Assembly (NCBI GenBank): GCA_015665275.1
Contig: JADFAL010000066.1
Coordinates: 617 to 64,616, forward strand
DNA from: Flavobacteriales bacterium
GTDB taxonomy: Bacteria > Bacteroidota > Bacteroidia > Flavobacteriales_D > Crocinitomicaceae
Length of the DNA: 64,000 bases
Reading direction: 5' to 3'
Position numbers and translations under genes: made by a program. Shown in pieces: positions 1 through 9,608 of the stretch (its first letter is position 1; every line of letters begins with the position of its first letter). The notes beneath the pieces were generated by a model, which worked only from the letters and a program-made list of their open reading frames with translations, searched no databases and was not told the DNA's origin.

Positions 1-140
1 TGATAGATCTTGCCGTGGAAGCGCATATTCGCCACGCTGAAACTAATTATGACAACCAGTTCGGAAGTGGCATACGCAAACGAGAAATTAGATCAAACGT
101 AAAAGGGAAAGTTTCATCTATTATGATGCAGTGGCGGTAA
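1..140 (+). CDS. 3' end of a DUF2293-like protein (partial, runs off window start)
   Basis: The frame is open from base 3 to TAA at 138-140. The tail IDLAVEAHIRHAETNYDNQFGSGIRKREIRSNVKGKVSSIMMQWR resembles the xIRHxxTxYD...R...V...W core I associate with DUF2293, from memory only. Confidence 0.4.
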   Translation, partial: IDLAVEAHIRHAETNYDNQFGSGIRKREIRSNVKGKVSSIMMQWR

Positions 141-394
141 TCACTTCATATCTAGATCTTCGCCAGCTTTTTACTAAAGTGAATAGGATAGCAATTTGGA
201 GGAAAGTGATGTGTAAATCAATGAGTGATTTCTGCGGAGTGTTTCCGAAGTGATGAAAAAAGGTGTGCCGAACGGCTTGTTTGAAGACCATTTGAGATGG
301 AGTAATGTGTTAAAGTCGCTCCGAATTACCCAAACTCAAACCAAATTCACCATTTTTTGATCCAAATCAGAAAACCAGAAGAGTTCTACGTGCG

Positions 395-402
395 TATATT
401 TG
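395..402 (+). promoter_or_regulatory. Candidate Bacteroidota -7 promoter box (TAnnTTTG) for egtB
   Basis: TATATTTG lies 43 nt upstream of the egtB ATG. It is followed by an 8-bp hairpin, atcactat/atagtgat, at about 408-428. Confidence 0.3.
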
Positions 403-444
403 AAGTATCACTATCTTGTATAGTGATGCACTCAATAAAACAAG

Positions 445-1635
445 ATGAGTCAGACTGAATATTCCTTACAAGAAAACACCAGTATCACAGATTTTTCGAA
501 GCGATTTGAAACGATTCGGAATTACACAGAACACCTGTGCAGCAATTTCTCCGAAGACGACCACATGCTTCAGGCTGATTTTTTTGTTTCACCTCCGAAA
601 TGGCATTTAGCCCATACCACTTGGTTTTTCGAAGAGATGATCTTGAAATCGAACGGAAAGAATTACGAAATCTTTGATGAAACGTTTTCCCTACTCTTCA
701 ATAGTTATTACGAAACCATCGGTAAACGCATTGCTCGAGACAAGCGCCATTTGATTTCACGGCCCTCATTGAAAGAAGCGCTTGCCTTTCGTTCGCATGT
801 AAATTCAGGAATGAAACAGCTGATTGAAAACGGGGCATCAAAAGAGCTATTGGAACTGGCAGAACTTGGACTGCAACACGAGCAACAGCATCAGGAGCTG
901 CTACTTACCGACTTGAAGTATAGTTTGTACCAAAGCCCAATGTATCCAAACGTTTCCAAAACAATTGATTTGGTTGGACAGAAGAATACCGAGGCTGGCT
1001 GGCTGGAGGTTGAAGAAGGCATTTACGAAATTGGTCACACAGGGAAAGAATTCTGTTTTGATAATGAAATGGGGCAGCACCGCGTGTTTTTAGAGCCGTT
1101 TCAATTTAGAAAATCACTTGTGACCAATGGGGAATTTATTGAGTTCATGGAAAGTGGCGGGTATGAGCAATTTAAGCATTGGCACGATGAAGGCTGGGCC
1201 TGGATACAAGGCAATGAAATAGCAAAACCATTGTACTGGCAGAAAGTCAACGATGTTTGGCACCAATACACATACAACGGATTGCGACCCGTGAATCCGG
1301 AAGAAATTTTGACCCACATTTCCTTCTTTGAAGCGGCAGCTTTTGCGCAATGGAAAGGAATGCGTCTCCCTACCGAATTTGAATGGGAGGCAGCTTCAAA
1401 TCACTTTCATTGGGGCGATCGCTGGGAATGGACCAACTCTGCTTATTTGGCCTATCCGGGATTCAAAACGAGTGAAGGTGCAGTAGGTGAATACAACGGA
1501 AAATTCATGATCAACCAAATGGTACTTCGAGGCGCTTCCAAAGCTACTTCTCAAAGCCACTCAAGAAAGACATATCGCAACTTTTTCCCGACAGATGCAC
1601 GCTGGCAGTGCACGGGAATTAGACTGGCGAAATAG
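445..1635 (+). CDS. egtB: Ergothioneine biosynthesis sulfoxide synthase EgtB (DinB_2 + FGE-sulfatase-like domains)
   Basis: 396-aa ORF. The N-terminus has DinB-type His motifs (WHLAHTTWFFE, HEQQHQELL). The C-terminus has GDRWEWTNSAYLAYPGF...EYNGKFMINQMVLRGAS...TYRNFFPTDARWQCTGIRLA, which is typical of EgtB. It sits directly upstream of egtD. Confidence 0.85.
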   Translation: MSQTEYSLQENTSITDFSKRFETIRNYTEHLCSNFSEDDHMLQADFFVSPPKWHLAHTTWFFEEMILKSNGKNYEIFDETFSLLFNSYYETIGKRIARDKRHLISRPSLKEALAFRSHVNSGMKQLIENGASKELLELAELGLQHEQQHQELLLTDLKYSLYQSPMYPNVSKTIDLVGQKNTEAGWLEVEEGIYEIGHTGKEFCFDNEMGQHRVFLEPFQFRKSLVTNGEFIEFMESGGYEQFKHWHDEGWAWIQGNEIAKPLYWQKVNDVWHQYTYNGLRPVNPEEILTHISFFEAAAFAQWKGMRLPTEFEWEAASNHFHWGDRWEWTNSAYLAYPGFKTSEGAVGEYNGKFMINQMVLRGASKATSQSHSRKTYRNFFPTDARWQCTGIRLAK

Positions 1636-1645
1636 GAACCTAGAA

Positions 1646-2581
1646 ATGCAAACAGCTATCGACACGAAAGTTTTAGAAGGATTGCGACAACATCCGAAGC
1701 GTATACCATCGTGGTATTTTTATGATGCCCGAGGGGGCGAGTTATTTCAGCAGATTATGGCAATGCCTGAATATTACCTTACGCGGGCCGAACATGAAAT
1801 TCTCAGAGGTCAAGCGGAATCTATTTTCACCGCTGCTGGACACACTCCAGGTACTCCTTTTGCAATTATAGAACTGGGCGCTGGAGATGGGTCAAAAACG
1901 AAAGAGTTATTGCGTTATTTAATTGCAAACGACTTCAACTTCATTTACCAGCCAGTAGATATTTCCAGTAATGCGATTGATCTATTGAAAGAAAATCTAT
2001 CGGACCTTCCGGAATTCGAAATGGAACCATTGGTGGGCGATTATTTTGAGATGCTCCAACAAACCATGTCGAATGATGTTCCCAAAATGGTGCTGTTCCT
2101 AGGGTCTAATTTGGGAAACTATGATGACGCTACGGCGAAGCAATTCCTTCAACGCGCTGCAAATGGAATGCAATCGGGGGATGTTTTACTGATGGGGCTT
2201 GACATCGTAAAAGACCCCAAACGGATACTGGATGCATACAACGATGCTGCGGGAATTACAAAAGCGTTCAACATGAATTTGTTGGAACGTATGAATCGAG
2301 AGCTGGACGCAGACTTCGATAAAGACCGTTTCGATCATGCTCCGGTGTACGAGAACAATCAAGCCGTTAGTTATATCATCTCAAAGGAAGACCAATCCGT
2401 ATATTTTGGTGCAACTGAGGAGCGAATTGAATTCAAAAAAGGCGAAAAAATTCAGACAGAGATTTCCAGGAAATATACCCGTGAATCACTGCAGGGGTTG
2501 CTAGGTGACTCCTTCCAAATTACCCATGTGTTTCAGGACCGCCAGAAAGATTTCAGCGATTTTCTTCTTATTAAAAGCTAA
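1646..2581 (+). CDS. egtD: L-histidine N-alpha-methyltransferase EgtD
   Basis: The ORF track starts this gene at 1595 inside egtB. I prefer the ATG at 1646 (MQTAIDTK...), 11 nt after the egtB stop. Motifs are WYFYDARGGELFQQIMAMPEYYLTRAEHEIL, the SAM-binding ELGAGDGSKT, and YQPVDIS. Confidence 0.85.
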   Translation: MQTAIDTKVLEGLRQHPKRIPSWYFYDARGGELFQQIMAMPEYYLTRAEHEILRGQAESIFTAAGHTPGTPFAIIELGAGDGSKTKELLRYLIANDFNFIYQPVDISSNAIDLLKENLSDLPEFEMEPLVGDYFEMLQQTMSNDVPKMVLFLGSNLGNYDDATAKQFLQRAANGMQSGDVLLMGLDIVKDPKRILDAYNDAAGITKAFNMNLLERMNRELDADFDKDRFDHAPVYENNQAVSYIISKEDQSVYFGATEERIEFKKGEKIQTEISRKYTRESLQGLLGDSFQITHVFQDRQKDFSDFLLIKS

Positions 2582-2601
2582 GTATCGATTTCTAGAGTAG
2601 C

Positions 2602-2904
2602 TTATTCAATATTTCTCTGGTAATTTCTACGTGCCTTTCTAATGTTTACAAATCGATTGGGGTACCAGACAAATTGAATGAAATTGAATTCGAACTGATC
2701 CACGCGGGAGTTGATTCCTGGCTGGGTTTCGATTCGTTGGAATGGATAGTAACGCAGGTTGGTTCTAAGCACCCAAGTATATACAGGTGAGGGCACAATA
2801 TCCCACCCTAAAATGATTCCTGGTGAAAACAGTCGGGTTCTCATGGTTTCTCCTTGTTGTTCGTTCCCATAAAACAATCCGGCAGCCCAACGTTCACCGC
2901 TCAT
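2602..2904 (-). CDS. Hypothetical protein, possibly a remnant of a small beta-barrel or outer-membrane protein
   Basis: 100-aa ORF rich in aromatic/Gly alternation (AAGLFYGNEQ, VYTWVLRTNLRYYPF). I see no convincing signal peptide or start context. The upstream frame stays open without a start for about 20 more codons. Confidence 0.25.
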   Translation of the reverse strand: MSGERWAAGLFYGNEQQGETMRTRLFSPGIILGWDIVPSPVYTWVLRTNLRYYPFQRIETQPGINSRVDQFEFNFIQFVWYPNRFVNIRKARRNYQRNIE

Positions 2905-3042
2905 ACTTACTCCAACAAGAAACGATAGGCTTCCAAAGAGAGAGCTTCCCGTTGAAAGACATTATGAGTAAAGATAGAACAAATACAGCTTGCGATTGTT
3001 GTGGCGGTCATGATCTAAATCATTTCTTCGTATTTTAGTTGC

Positions 3043-3558
3043 ATGAAAAAATTAGGATTATTTATAGCAGCGATTGCAGTGACTATGGGCGCATCGGCTC
3101 AGAGTTCATTGTATGATTTGTCCTTTACGGACATTGAGGGGAACGAAACGTCTTTGGAACAATTCAAAGGCAAAAAAATCTTATTTGTGAATACAGCATC
3201 GGAATGCGGATTTACAACACAGTACGAAGACCTTCAGGCGCTTCACGAGAAGTTCGGAGAGAAGATTACCATCATCGGTTTTCCTTGCGATCAGTTTGGG
3301 GGGCAAGAACCGGGTTCAGAGGATGAAATTCAGTCGTTCTGTAAGAAGAATTACGGTGTTTCTTTCTTAATGGCTTCAAAAGTCGAAGTAAAAGGTGAAG
3401 GGCAACACGCTATTTACGAGTGGTTGACTCAAGAAGCTGGAGGTGTTATAGTAAAATGGAATTTTGAGAAATTTATGGTGGATGAAGACGGAAAATTTGT
3501 CGAGCACTTCCGTTCTATGACCAAGCCAATGAGTCAAAAAGTAACAGATCTATTATGA
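3043..3558 (+). CDS. Glutathione peroxidase family protein with N-terminal signal peptide
   Basis: FVNTASECGFTTQYEDLQALHEKF, IIGFPCDQFGGQEPG and WNFEKFMVDEDG are canonical GPx motifs. The catalytic residue is Cys. Confidence 0.9.
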   Translation: MKKLGLFIAAIAVTMGASAQSSLYDLSFTDIEGNETSLEQFKGKKILFVNTASECGFTTQYEDLQALHEKFGEKITIIGFPCDQFGGQEPGSEDEIQSFCKKNYGVSFLMASKVEVKGEGQHAIYEWLTQEAGGVIVKWNFEKFMVDEDGKFVEHFRSMTKPMSQKVTDLL

Positions 3559-4013
3559 AACTATTCGGACTATTATTGATTTCTTCAAGCGTGCTTTTTC
3601 TGGCAGGGTGTAACAAAAAAAGTGCAGAGGAACAGGCCGCCATTGACGACCAGCTGATTCAAGATTATCTGATAGCAAACAATCTCGTGGCAGAGAAAGA
3701 TCCATCAGGACTGTATTATATCATTGATCAGCAGGGAACAGGGCCAGAGTGCAATTCTAATTCAGATGTCCGCGTGGCGTATACCGGTTATTATACAAAT
3801 GGTGAAATATTTGACGGAAGCAATGCTCAGGGCATTACTTTTAATCTGAACGGAGTCATTGATGGATGGCGTATCGGAATACCTTATTTTAAGGAAGGAG
3901 GTAGCGGTAAATTATTGATTCCTTCTGCCTTAGGTTATGGACCAAACGGCGGCGGATCAGTTCCAGCCAATTCTGTGTTGATCTTTGATATCGAACTAAT
4001 CGAAGTCCTTTAA
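3555..4013 (+). CDS. FKBP-type peptidyl-prolyl cis-trans isomerase, lipoprotein
   Basis: The start overlaps the gpx stop (ATGA). A lipobox-like LFLAGC is present. FKBP core: VRVAYTGYYTNGEIFDGS...GVIDGWRIGIPYFKEGGSGKLLIPSALGYG...IPANSVLIFDIELIEV. Confidence 0.85.
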   Translation: MKLFGLLLISSSVLFLAGCNKKSAEEQAAIDDQLIQDYLIANNLVAEKDPSGLYYIIDQQGTGPECNSNSDVRVAYTGYYTNGEIFDGSNAQGITFNLNGVIDGWRIGIPYFKEGGSGKLLIPSALGYGPNGGGSVPANSVLIFDIELIEVL

Positions 4014-4030
4014 GTAAAGTTTAAGACATA

Positions 4031-4072
4031 AAAAAACCGGTGATAGAGGTTCTCGAATTCACCGGTTTTTTT
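4031..4072. terminator. Bidirectional rho-independent terminator between convergent fkbp and brx genes
   Basis: The sequence reads A6-ccggtga (4037-4043) ... tcaccgg (4059-4065)-T7. The perfect 7-bp stem is flanked by an A-run and a T-run. Confidence 0.8.
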
Positions 4073-4145
4073 AGAGTACATCGAACTGCGACGTACTGAG
4101 CTTGCCGAAGTGTCGAGATGCACTAATTAAAGATTTTCAATCGTC

Positions 4146-4559
4146 TTAAAACAACTCGTCGTAAGCTCCTTTCAAGTTCTCTGCAATCATGTCTGCAGTT
4201 CCCCCTTCAATGTGGTGACGCTCTAAGAAATGCGCCAATTTTCCATCCTTGAATAAAGCAATAGAAGGTGAAGATGGAGGGTAAGGCAAGAAGTGTTTAC
4301 GCGCTTGAGCCGTAGCTTCTCCATCCACTCCAGCGAATACCGTCGCTAAAGTCGTTGGAACTTTTGCATTTTCCAAAGAAAGCTTTACCCCCGGACGCAT
4401 ATTTCCTGCGGCACACCCGCATACAGAGTTCACAACCAATAGTAGGCTTTCTCCGCTGTTCTCAATCATCTCATCAACCTCATCTGCACTTGTCAACTGA
4501 TTGAATCCTACAGTTGTAAGATCCTCTTTCATGGGTTGTACTAATTCTGGTGGATACAT
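4146..4559 (-). CDS. Bacilliredoxin (BrxA/BrxB, YphP/YqiW, DUF1094 family thiol-disulfide oxidoreductase)
   Basis: 137 aa. VVNSVCGCAAGNMRPG contains the family-defining CGC active site. The length and C-terminus (HIEG...IAENL) fit the family. Confidence 0.8.
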   Translation of the reverse strand: MYPPELVQPMKEDLTTVGFNQLTSADEVDEMIENSGESLLLVVNSVCGCAAGNMRPGVKLSLENAKVPTTLATVFAGVDGEATAQARKHFLPYPPSSPSIALFKDGKLAHFLERHHIEGGTADMIAENLKGAYDELF

Positions 4560-4767
4560 ATCTGAATGTGTTTTTGCTGTTATTTACAATAATTCTAGAC
4601 AAAATTACGAATTATCTTACCATGGTAACTGATTATAGTCAAGGTGTTTTTTTGTTTTCTCCTAACAATTAGACAATTCATCCAGAAGAATCAACAGTTC
4701 GGTCAGAAGTTTTTTCGAAAACCCTTGTCTTCATCTATGTTTGGAGTGTAATCAAAAAAACAGAAAG

Positions 4768-5664
4768 ATGAAAACAATTGTTACTATAGTAGGGCTGACA
4801 TTCGCAACATTGGGATTTGCACAGCAAGCGGAGATCGTAAATGGGTTTGATGGGTTTGAAGTTTGGGTGAATGCCGAAACAGGAGAGCTTCCGCAATATT
4901 GGGACGGATTTAATAAAAATGTAGAATTCAATGGAATGATAGTCGGCACTATTGAATGTGTGGAGAAAAACGCCGTGGATCCATACGAAGGGCTATTTTC
5001 GGCACAACTTACCAGTACTTCTATTATGGGGGGTCCGGCTGTACCAGGTATTCTAACAGTAGGTGACTTCGTGGTGGATTGGGTGGTGCAAGATGGAGAT
5101 GTTGTAGGTGGAGAGGCCTACACTTTGTTGCCTCAAGAATTGAATGGACAATTCAAATTCGCCCCCGCAGGAATAGATACAGGCTTTGTTTCCATTTGGT
5201 TTCTAGAAAACGGAGTGGAAGTGGGAACGGGAAGGTTCTAATTTACGGAAACAACGGGCGGCTGGACAGCTTTTACAGTGACAATTGACTACACTCCAGG
5301 AGCAATGCCCGATTCTATGAACATGATGTTTTCTTCTTCGCAAAGCGACCCTAGCGCTATTCCTGCAGGAACGGTTTTGGAAATTGATGCCATCGAATTT
5401 GCATCTTTTGTAAGCACGGAAGAATTAGATCAGAACTACTTTGAGTATTATCCGAATCCAGCGACGGACCAGGTTCACATTCACCTGAAAAGCGAAACGA
5501 AAGGATGGGTGAACATTGTCGCATCAAGCGGAGCAATTGTACGTTCACAATCATTTGAAGGAAAATCAATTCAATTAGATGTTTCTGAATTGCCAGCTGG
5601 GATCTATCAAATTTCGGTAGACGGAGAAACGACTCAAATGGTCCAGTCAATGGTAATACAATAG
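4768..5664 (+). pseudogene. T9SS-sorted secreted protein with PCMD-like domain, interrupted by an in-frame TAA at 5239-5241
   Basis: Track ORFs 4741..5241 and 5278..5664 share one frame and are separated only by TAA: ...GTGRF*FTETTGGWTAFTVTIDYTPG.... Signal peptide MKTIVTIVGLTFATLGFAQ begins at ATG 4768. The C-terminus YYPNPATDQVHIHL...AGIYQISV is a T9SS sorting domain. Confidence 0.65.
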
Positions 5665-5691
5665 AAAAAGGTAATTTTCCAGATAGAAGCC

Positions 5692-6720
5692 ATGAAAGAA
5701 TCAGTGCGCAAAACAGCCAGAAATTTAGGGATCATCCTGCTCATCAGTGTGGGATGTACCTTTTATTTCGCGGGGTTTAATTCAAACCTGATAGACGTTG
5801 CAATGAACATTCTTTACGGAGTAATCATTGGTTTAACGATTGCATTGGGCAGTGGTATGATTACCCGATCTATTTTCAAAAGAGAATCCGTTTATGACAA
5901 TCCAATACGGTATTATCTCATAGCTATTATCTCAGTAACAGTATATATTTTCGTATCGATTGTACTTGTCAACTTTCTGTGGTTTTACTTCACCCAAGGA
6001 GTTTCCTTTTCGCAGCTTTTCACTCATCCATTCGCAATTTATGCCTTAGGTAGCGAATTGATTCTAGGGGAATTGATCTACCTTATTGCATTGTCGCGGT
6101 ATTTCGCAAGAGATTTACAAAAGTATTACAAAAGACTAGCAGAGGTAGAAAGTCAACTTTCACAATACCGCTATGATACATTGAAAAATCAGCTCAATCC
6201 ACACCTTCTGTTTAACGCATTAAACACCTTAAGTGGGTTGATTTATATCGATGCTGAAAAAGCAGACGCATTCACACATCGACTCTCCAAGTAGTATCGT
6301 TACATTCTCGATGTGCAAAAGCAGGAGGTCGTTCCAATAGAAATGGAAATGGACTTGGTGAGCGATTTTATTTACCTTAATAACATACGTTTCAACGATC
6401 AAATAAAAGTGAGCACAGAACTAGATTCGGCTGGAGGATATGTGGCTCCGATGGCGCTGCAGTTACTACTTGAAAACGCGATAAAACACAACCGAATTAG
6501 TGAAAAAGAACCGCTACAAATCACGATTAAATCGACCCCCACGCAAGTTATAATAGAGAATAATCTGCAGCCGAAAATTGAAAAAGAGCCTTCTCACGAA
6601 TTGGGGCTAAAAAATCTTCGGGAGCGGTATGCATCATTAACCGATACGCCGATTGATGTAAAAGAAACCGACAGCAACTTCATTGTAGTAATTCCGCTCT
6701 TACAAAAAGACGAGGCATGA
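5692..6720 (+). pseudogene. LytS/YehU-type sensor histidine kinase interrupted by an in-frame TAG at 6292-6294
   Basis: Track ORFs 5692..6294 and 6313..6720 share one frame. Together they read LKNQLNPHLLFNALNTLSGLI...THRLSK*YRYILD...LLLENAIKHN: multi-TM N-terminus, His_kinase (PF06580-like) and HATPase. The stop falls inside the conserved LSxxYRY block. Confidence 0.7.
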
Positions 6721-7475
6721 ATGTAATTATCATCGAAGACGAGCATATTGCTTTTGAAAAATTGAAGGCGTTACTGATACTTGTTGTTCCTGAGGTTCAA
6801 ATTGTTGGTCATGCAAAATCAGTACAGGAGGGTATAAACCTTATCAATACCAAACCAAAAATCGACCTAGCTTTTTTTGATATTCAGTTGGAAGACGGGT
6901 TGAGTTTTTCAATTCTGGAACAAGCAAAGGGAAACTTCCCTATCATTTTTATAACGGCCTATGATGATTATGCAATCCGTGCCTTTGACCATTACAGCAT
7001 TGCGTACCTGCTGAAGCCGATTCAGAAAAGCGATTTGCAAAAAGCGTTTGACAAGTTTCGGTCCACACAAGTTCAACCTGATTATGCAAGGATTCTTCAA
7101 GCAGCGATTCAGGATGCTCGAAAAACGAACTATAAGGAGCGTTTCACAGTGAAAATTGGCGACAAGATTCGTTTGTTTGATGCGTCGGACATCGCCTGTT
7201 TTTTTAGTCGAAACAAAGGAAGCTTTTTATGCACCAAGGAAGGAAAACAGCATCTGGTCGATTATCCTTTGGATCAAATCGAATCGTTGATAGATCCAAG
7301 TGAATTTTTCCGGGCCAACCGCAAGCACATTATTTCAATTGATACCATCGAAAAGGTGATTCGGTATACAGGGTCGCGGCAAAAAGTAGTCCTATCCTGT
7401 AATTTCGACGAAGATATAATTGTCGCTCGAGAAAAAGTGAAAGCCTTTAAGATGTGGTTGGAGGGAGAATCTTAA
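6717..7475 (+). CDS. LytTR-family two-component response regulator
   Basis: The receiver domain has MNVIIIEDE...FFDIQLEDG...IIFITAYDDYA. The C-terminal LytTR DNA-binding domain has FFRANRKHIISIDTIEKV. The start overlaps the kinase stop. Confidence 0.9.
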   Translation: MNVIIIEDEHIAFEKLKALLILVVPEVQIVGHAKSVQEGINLINTKPKIDLAFFDIQLEDGLSFSILEQAKGNFPIIFITAYDDYAIRAFDHYSIAYLLKPIQKSDLQKAFDKFRSTQVQPDYARILQAAIQDARKTNYKERFTVKIGDKIRLFDASDIACFFSRNKGSFLCTKEGKQHLVDYPLDQIESLIDPSEFFRANRKHIISIDTIEKVIRYTGSRQKVVLSCNFDEDIIVAREKVKAFKMWLEGES

Positions 7476-8536
7476 ACTGGTTTTTTAGGATAGTGTTTTT
7501 TCGTGAATCGATCCACATCCACTTCCGAATTCAGTGCCATTCCTTCTACGAGATATGAAACAAATTCTTTGCTCAGTAAAGGCGTAATCAAGTAGCCCTT
7601 GGTTCCCATAGCATTAAAAAGATAGAGATTTTTGTGCTCTGGGTGCTGTCCAATCATTCCGCGTCGGTCAGGACTAGTCGGGCGCACACCTGCCTCTTGG
7701 TGCACCACCTCCACCGTTTCGGATGTGAGGTATGCAACCTTCTCCAAAATAGCTTCCTTGCCGGCTTCTGTGATAGACAAATCTGCGGAATCCCATTCAT
7801 ACGTAGAGCCGACCTTAAACTGCTGGTTACCTATGGGTAAGATGAAACATTTTCTATTCACCGATTCGTTTTCTGGAATGGCATTACTTTGAATGATCAG
7901 GGTCTCTCCTTTTGTCTGCTGAAGCGGTAAATAGTTAAAGAATGGATTGTCCAATCCTTTATAACCCTCACAAAAGACAATCCGTTCGAAGGTTTCTCCA
8001 TCGTATTGGTCATCGCTAATTTTGTCGTAATAGAAAGTTTCGTTTCGAACTTCGCAGTGCTTCGACACATATTCCTTTACATCATTGAGGAAAACCTTAG
8101 TCTTTACATAAGATGCATTTTTCACACGCCCTGACCCACAATTGTTGATGGCGCCCTGGAAGTTATTGTCGTCATCTGTAGTGACTGCCATGTATGCTTC
8201 GTATTCTGGCAAGACCTGCTTTTGCAACCAAAGCTGGCGCTCCTGCTCATTGGAGAACATTCTTCGAAGGGTAATGGGATGAAAAAAAGAAGAGCCGGCT
8301 TTCTCCTCCAGGTTTCTGTAGAAATCATTCACAGCTTCGATACACTCATCAATGCGCCACGCTCGATTCATCCGACGAAACACTAATGGATTAATCATTC
8401 CTGCCGCAACTCGCGAACTATGATTGACACCATTATCATATAAGATGACAGACTGATTTTTTTCAATCAACCGAACGGCAACAGAAAGTCCGGCCAAGCC
8501 AGCGCCAACAACAATAGTAGGATGATTATTTGTCAT
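7472..8536 (-). CDS. FAD-dependent oxidoreductase (DAO family)
   Basis: The dinucleotide-binding motif TIVVGAGLAGLSVAVRL is at the N-terminus. I prefer the start MTNNHP at 8536, which overlaps the upstream acyltransferase stop by only 11 nt. Confidence 0.7.
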   Translation of the reverse strand: MTNNHPTIVVGAGLAGLSVAVRLIEKNQSVILYDNGVNHSSRVAAGMINPLVFRRMNRAWRIDECIEAVNDFYRNLEEKAGSSFFHPITLRRMFSNEQERQLWLQKQVLPEYEAYMAVTTDDDNNFQGAINNCGSGRVKNASYVKTKVFLNDVKEYVSKHCEVRNETFYYDKISDDQYDGETFERIVFCEGYKGLDNPFFNYLPLQQTKGETLIIQSNAIPENESVNRKCFILPIGNQQFKVGSTYEWDSADLSITEAGKEAILEKVAYLTSETVEVVHQEAGVRPTSPDRRGMIGQHPEHKNLYLFNAMGTKGYLITPLLSKEFVSYLVEGMALNSEVDVDRFTKKHYPKKPV

Positions 8537-9593
8537 GAGAATCGGAGGTTTTGGTTCCAAATGAAATGCGCCCCGCACTTTTAATGGATGGCAATTCTAT
8601 TAGCCTGTAGAAAACGTAAGAAATGCCAATAGAAAATAACATGGCCCCAACCAAGGCAACATATGTTATGCCCGTGGAGAGTTCATTTTTAGTGAGAAAG
8701 TATAAGAAAGACCCTCCTGCTGCACCGTGAATTAAGTATAAGGAGTACCCCATTTTCCCAATCCGAACGATGAGGTTTTTCTTTGAGATTGAATACGGAA
8801 TTAATATCAGCGATGCAGCAATAAACAAAGCTGCGGCTATATCGAATGTAAATCCAATTTGAACAAGACACAAGGCAATCAATGCCCAAGCGAATGAATG
8901 TGTTTTGGTGGCCGAAAAATGGTGGAAGTACAGCACAATTCCAACTACGAACATAGGTGCATATTGAAACAACAAACGATTGTCCGGAATCAAAAGTCCC
9001 AATGCAGAAAACGCAGCCAGCGACCCGTAGCGAACCATCCAATTATTCGCATTGAAAAAGGGAAATGCTAGTGCAATTAGAATGTAGAACTGAAACTCCA
9101 ATGCAAGCGTCCAGTAGATTTCATTGAACCAAGCATAGTCTGTGAAAGGAATGGTATAGAAAAGGTGATGGAACACTTGAAGGAAATCAACGGAAACGGC
9201 TGAACCATCTTTTATCGACCAGGCGATTGCAATTCCCAAGTAGACGACAATAGAAGCTACATATGGAATCTCGATACGAACCCATCGTCTAGCGAGGAAG
9301 CCACCAATATTCTTGAGCCGAAATTGATTTTTGTGCATCGACATCGCAATCACGAATCCCGACAAACTGAAGAAAATGAAAACGATGGAAGGCAATATAC
9401 CAGAGGCAGACTTCAGGGAATCTTCGTTATTCAACAAGTCCCCGCTGGCATCGGTGTGGTTTAAAAAGTGATACACAACCACACCCAAAGCAGTTATTCC
9501 TCGTAGAAAGTCAATGGAATGTAGGTATTTGCGAGAGCTATTGTTCAAATCAAAAACAAAACTAAACATATTAACATTGTATTTTTGTTTCAA
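8526..9593 (-). CDS. Acyltransferase family 3 (membrane O-acyltransferase)
   Basis: 355 aa with about 10 predicted TM segments. The N-terminal SIDFLRGITALGVVVYHF motif is typical of acyltransferase_3. Confidence 0.7.
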   Translation of the reverse strand: MKQKYNVNMFSFVFDLNNSSRKYLHSIDFLRGITALGVVVYHFLNHTDASGDLLNNEDSLKSASGILPSIVFIFFSLSGFVIAMSMHKNQFRLKNIGGFLARRWVRIEIPYVASIVVYLGIAIAWSIKDGSAVSVDFLQVFHHLFYTIPFTDYAWFNEIYWTLALEFQFYILIALAFPFFNANNWMVRYGSLAAFSALGLLIPDNRLLFQYAPMFVVGIVLYFHHFSATKTHSFAWALIALCLVQIGFTFDIAAALFIAASLILIPYSISKKNLIVRIGKMGYSLYLIHGAAGGSFLYFLTKNELSTGITYVALVGAMLFSIGISYVFYRLIELPSIKSAGRISFGTKTSDSHDK

Positions 9594-9608
9594 GAGATTT
9601 TAGACAAA

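Noticed and set aside
1595-1645. Upstream ATG at 1595 as the egtD start, overlapping egtB by 41 nt
   Set aside because: The first 17 residues (MHAGSARELDWRNRNLE) lie inside the conserved EgtB C-terminus in another frame. EgtD-like similarity begins at MQTAIDT (ATG 1646).
4090-4130. A shared gtcgagatg string at about 4113 and about 26061 as a dispersed repeat
   Set aside because: Only about 9 nt are shared. This is compatible with chance and with terminator-like GC stems, and there is no extended similarity.
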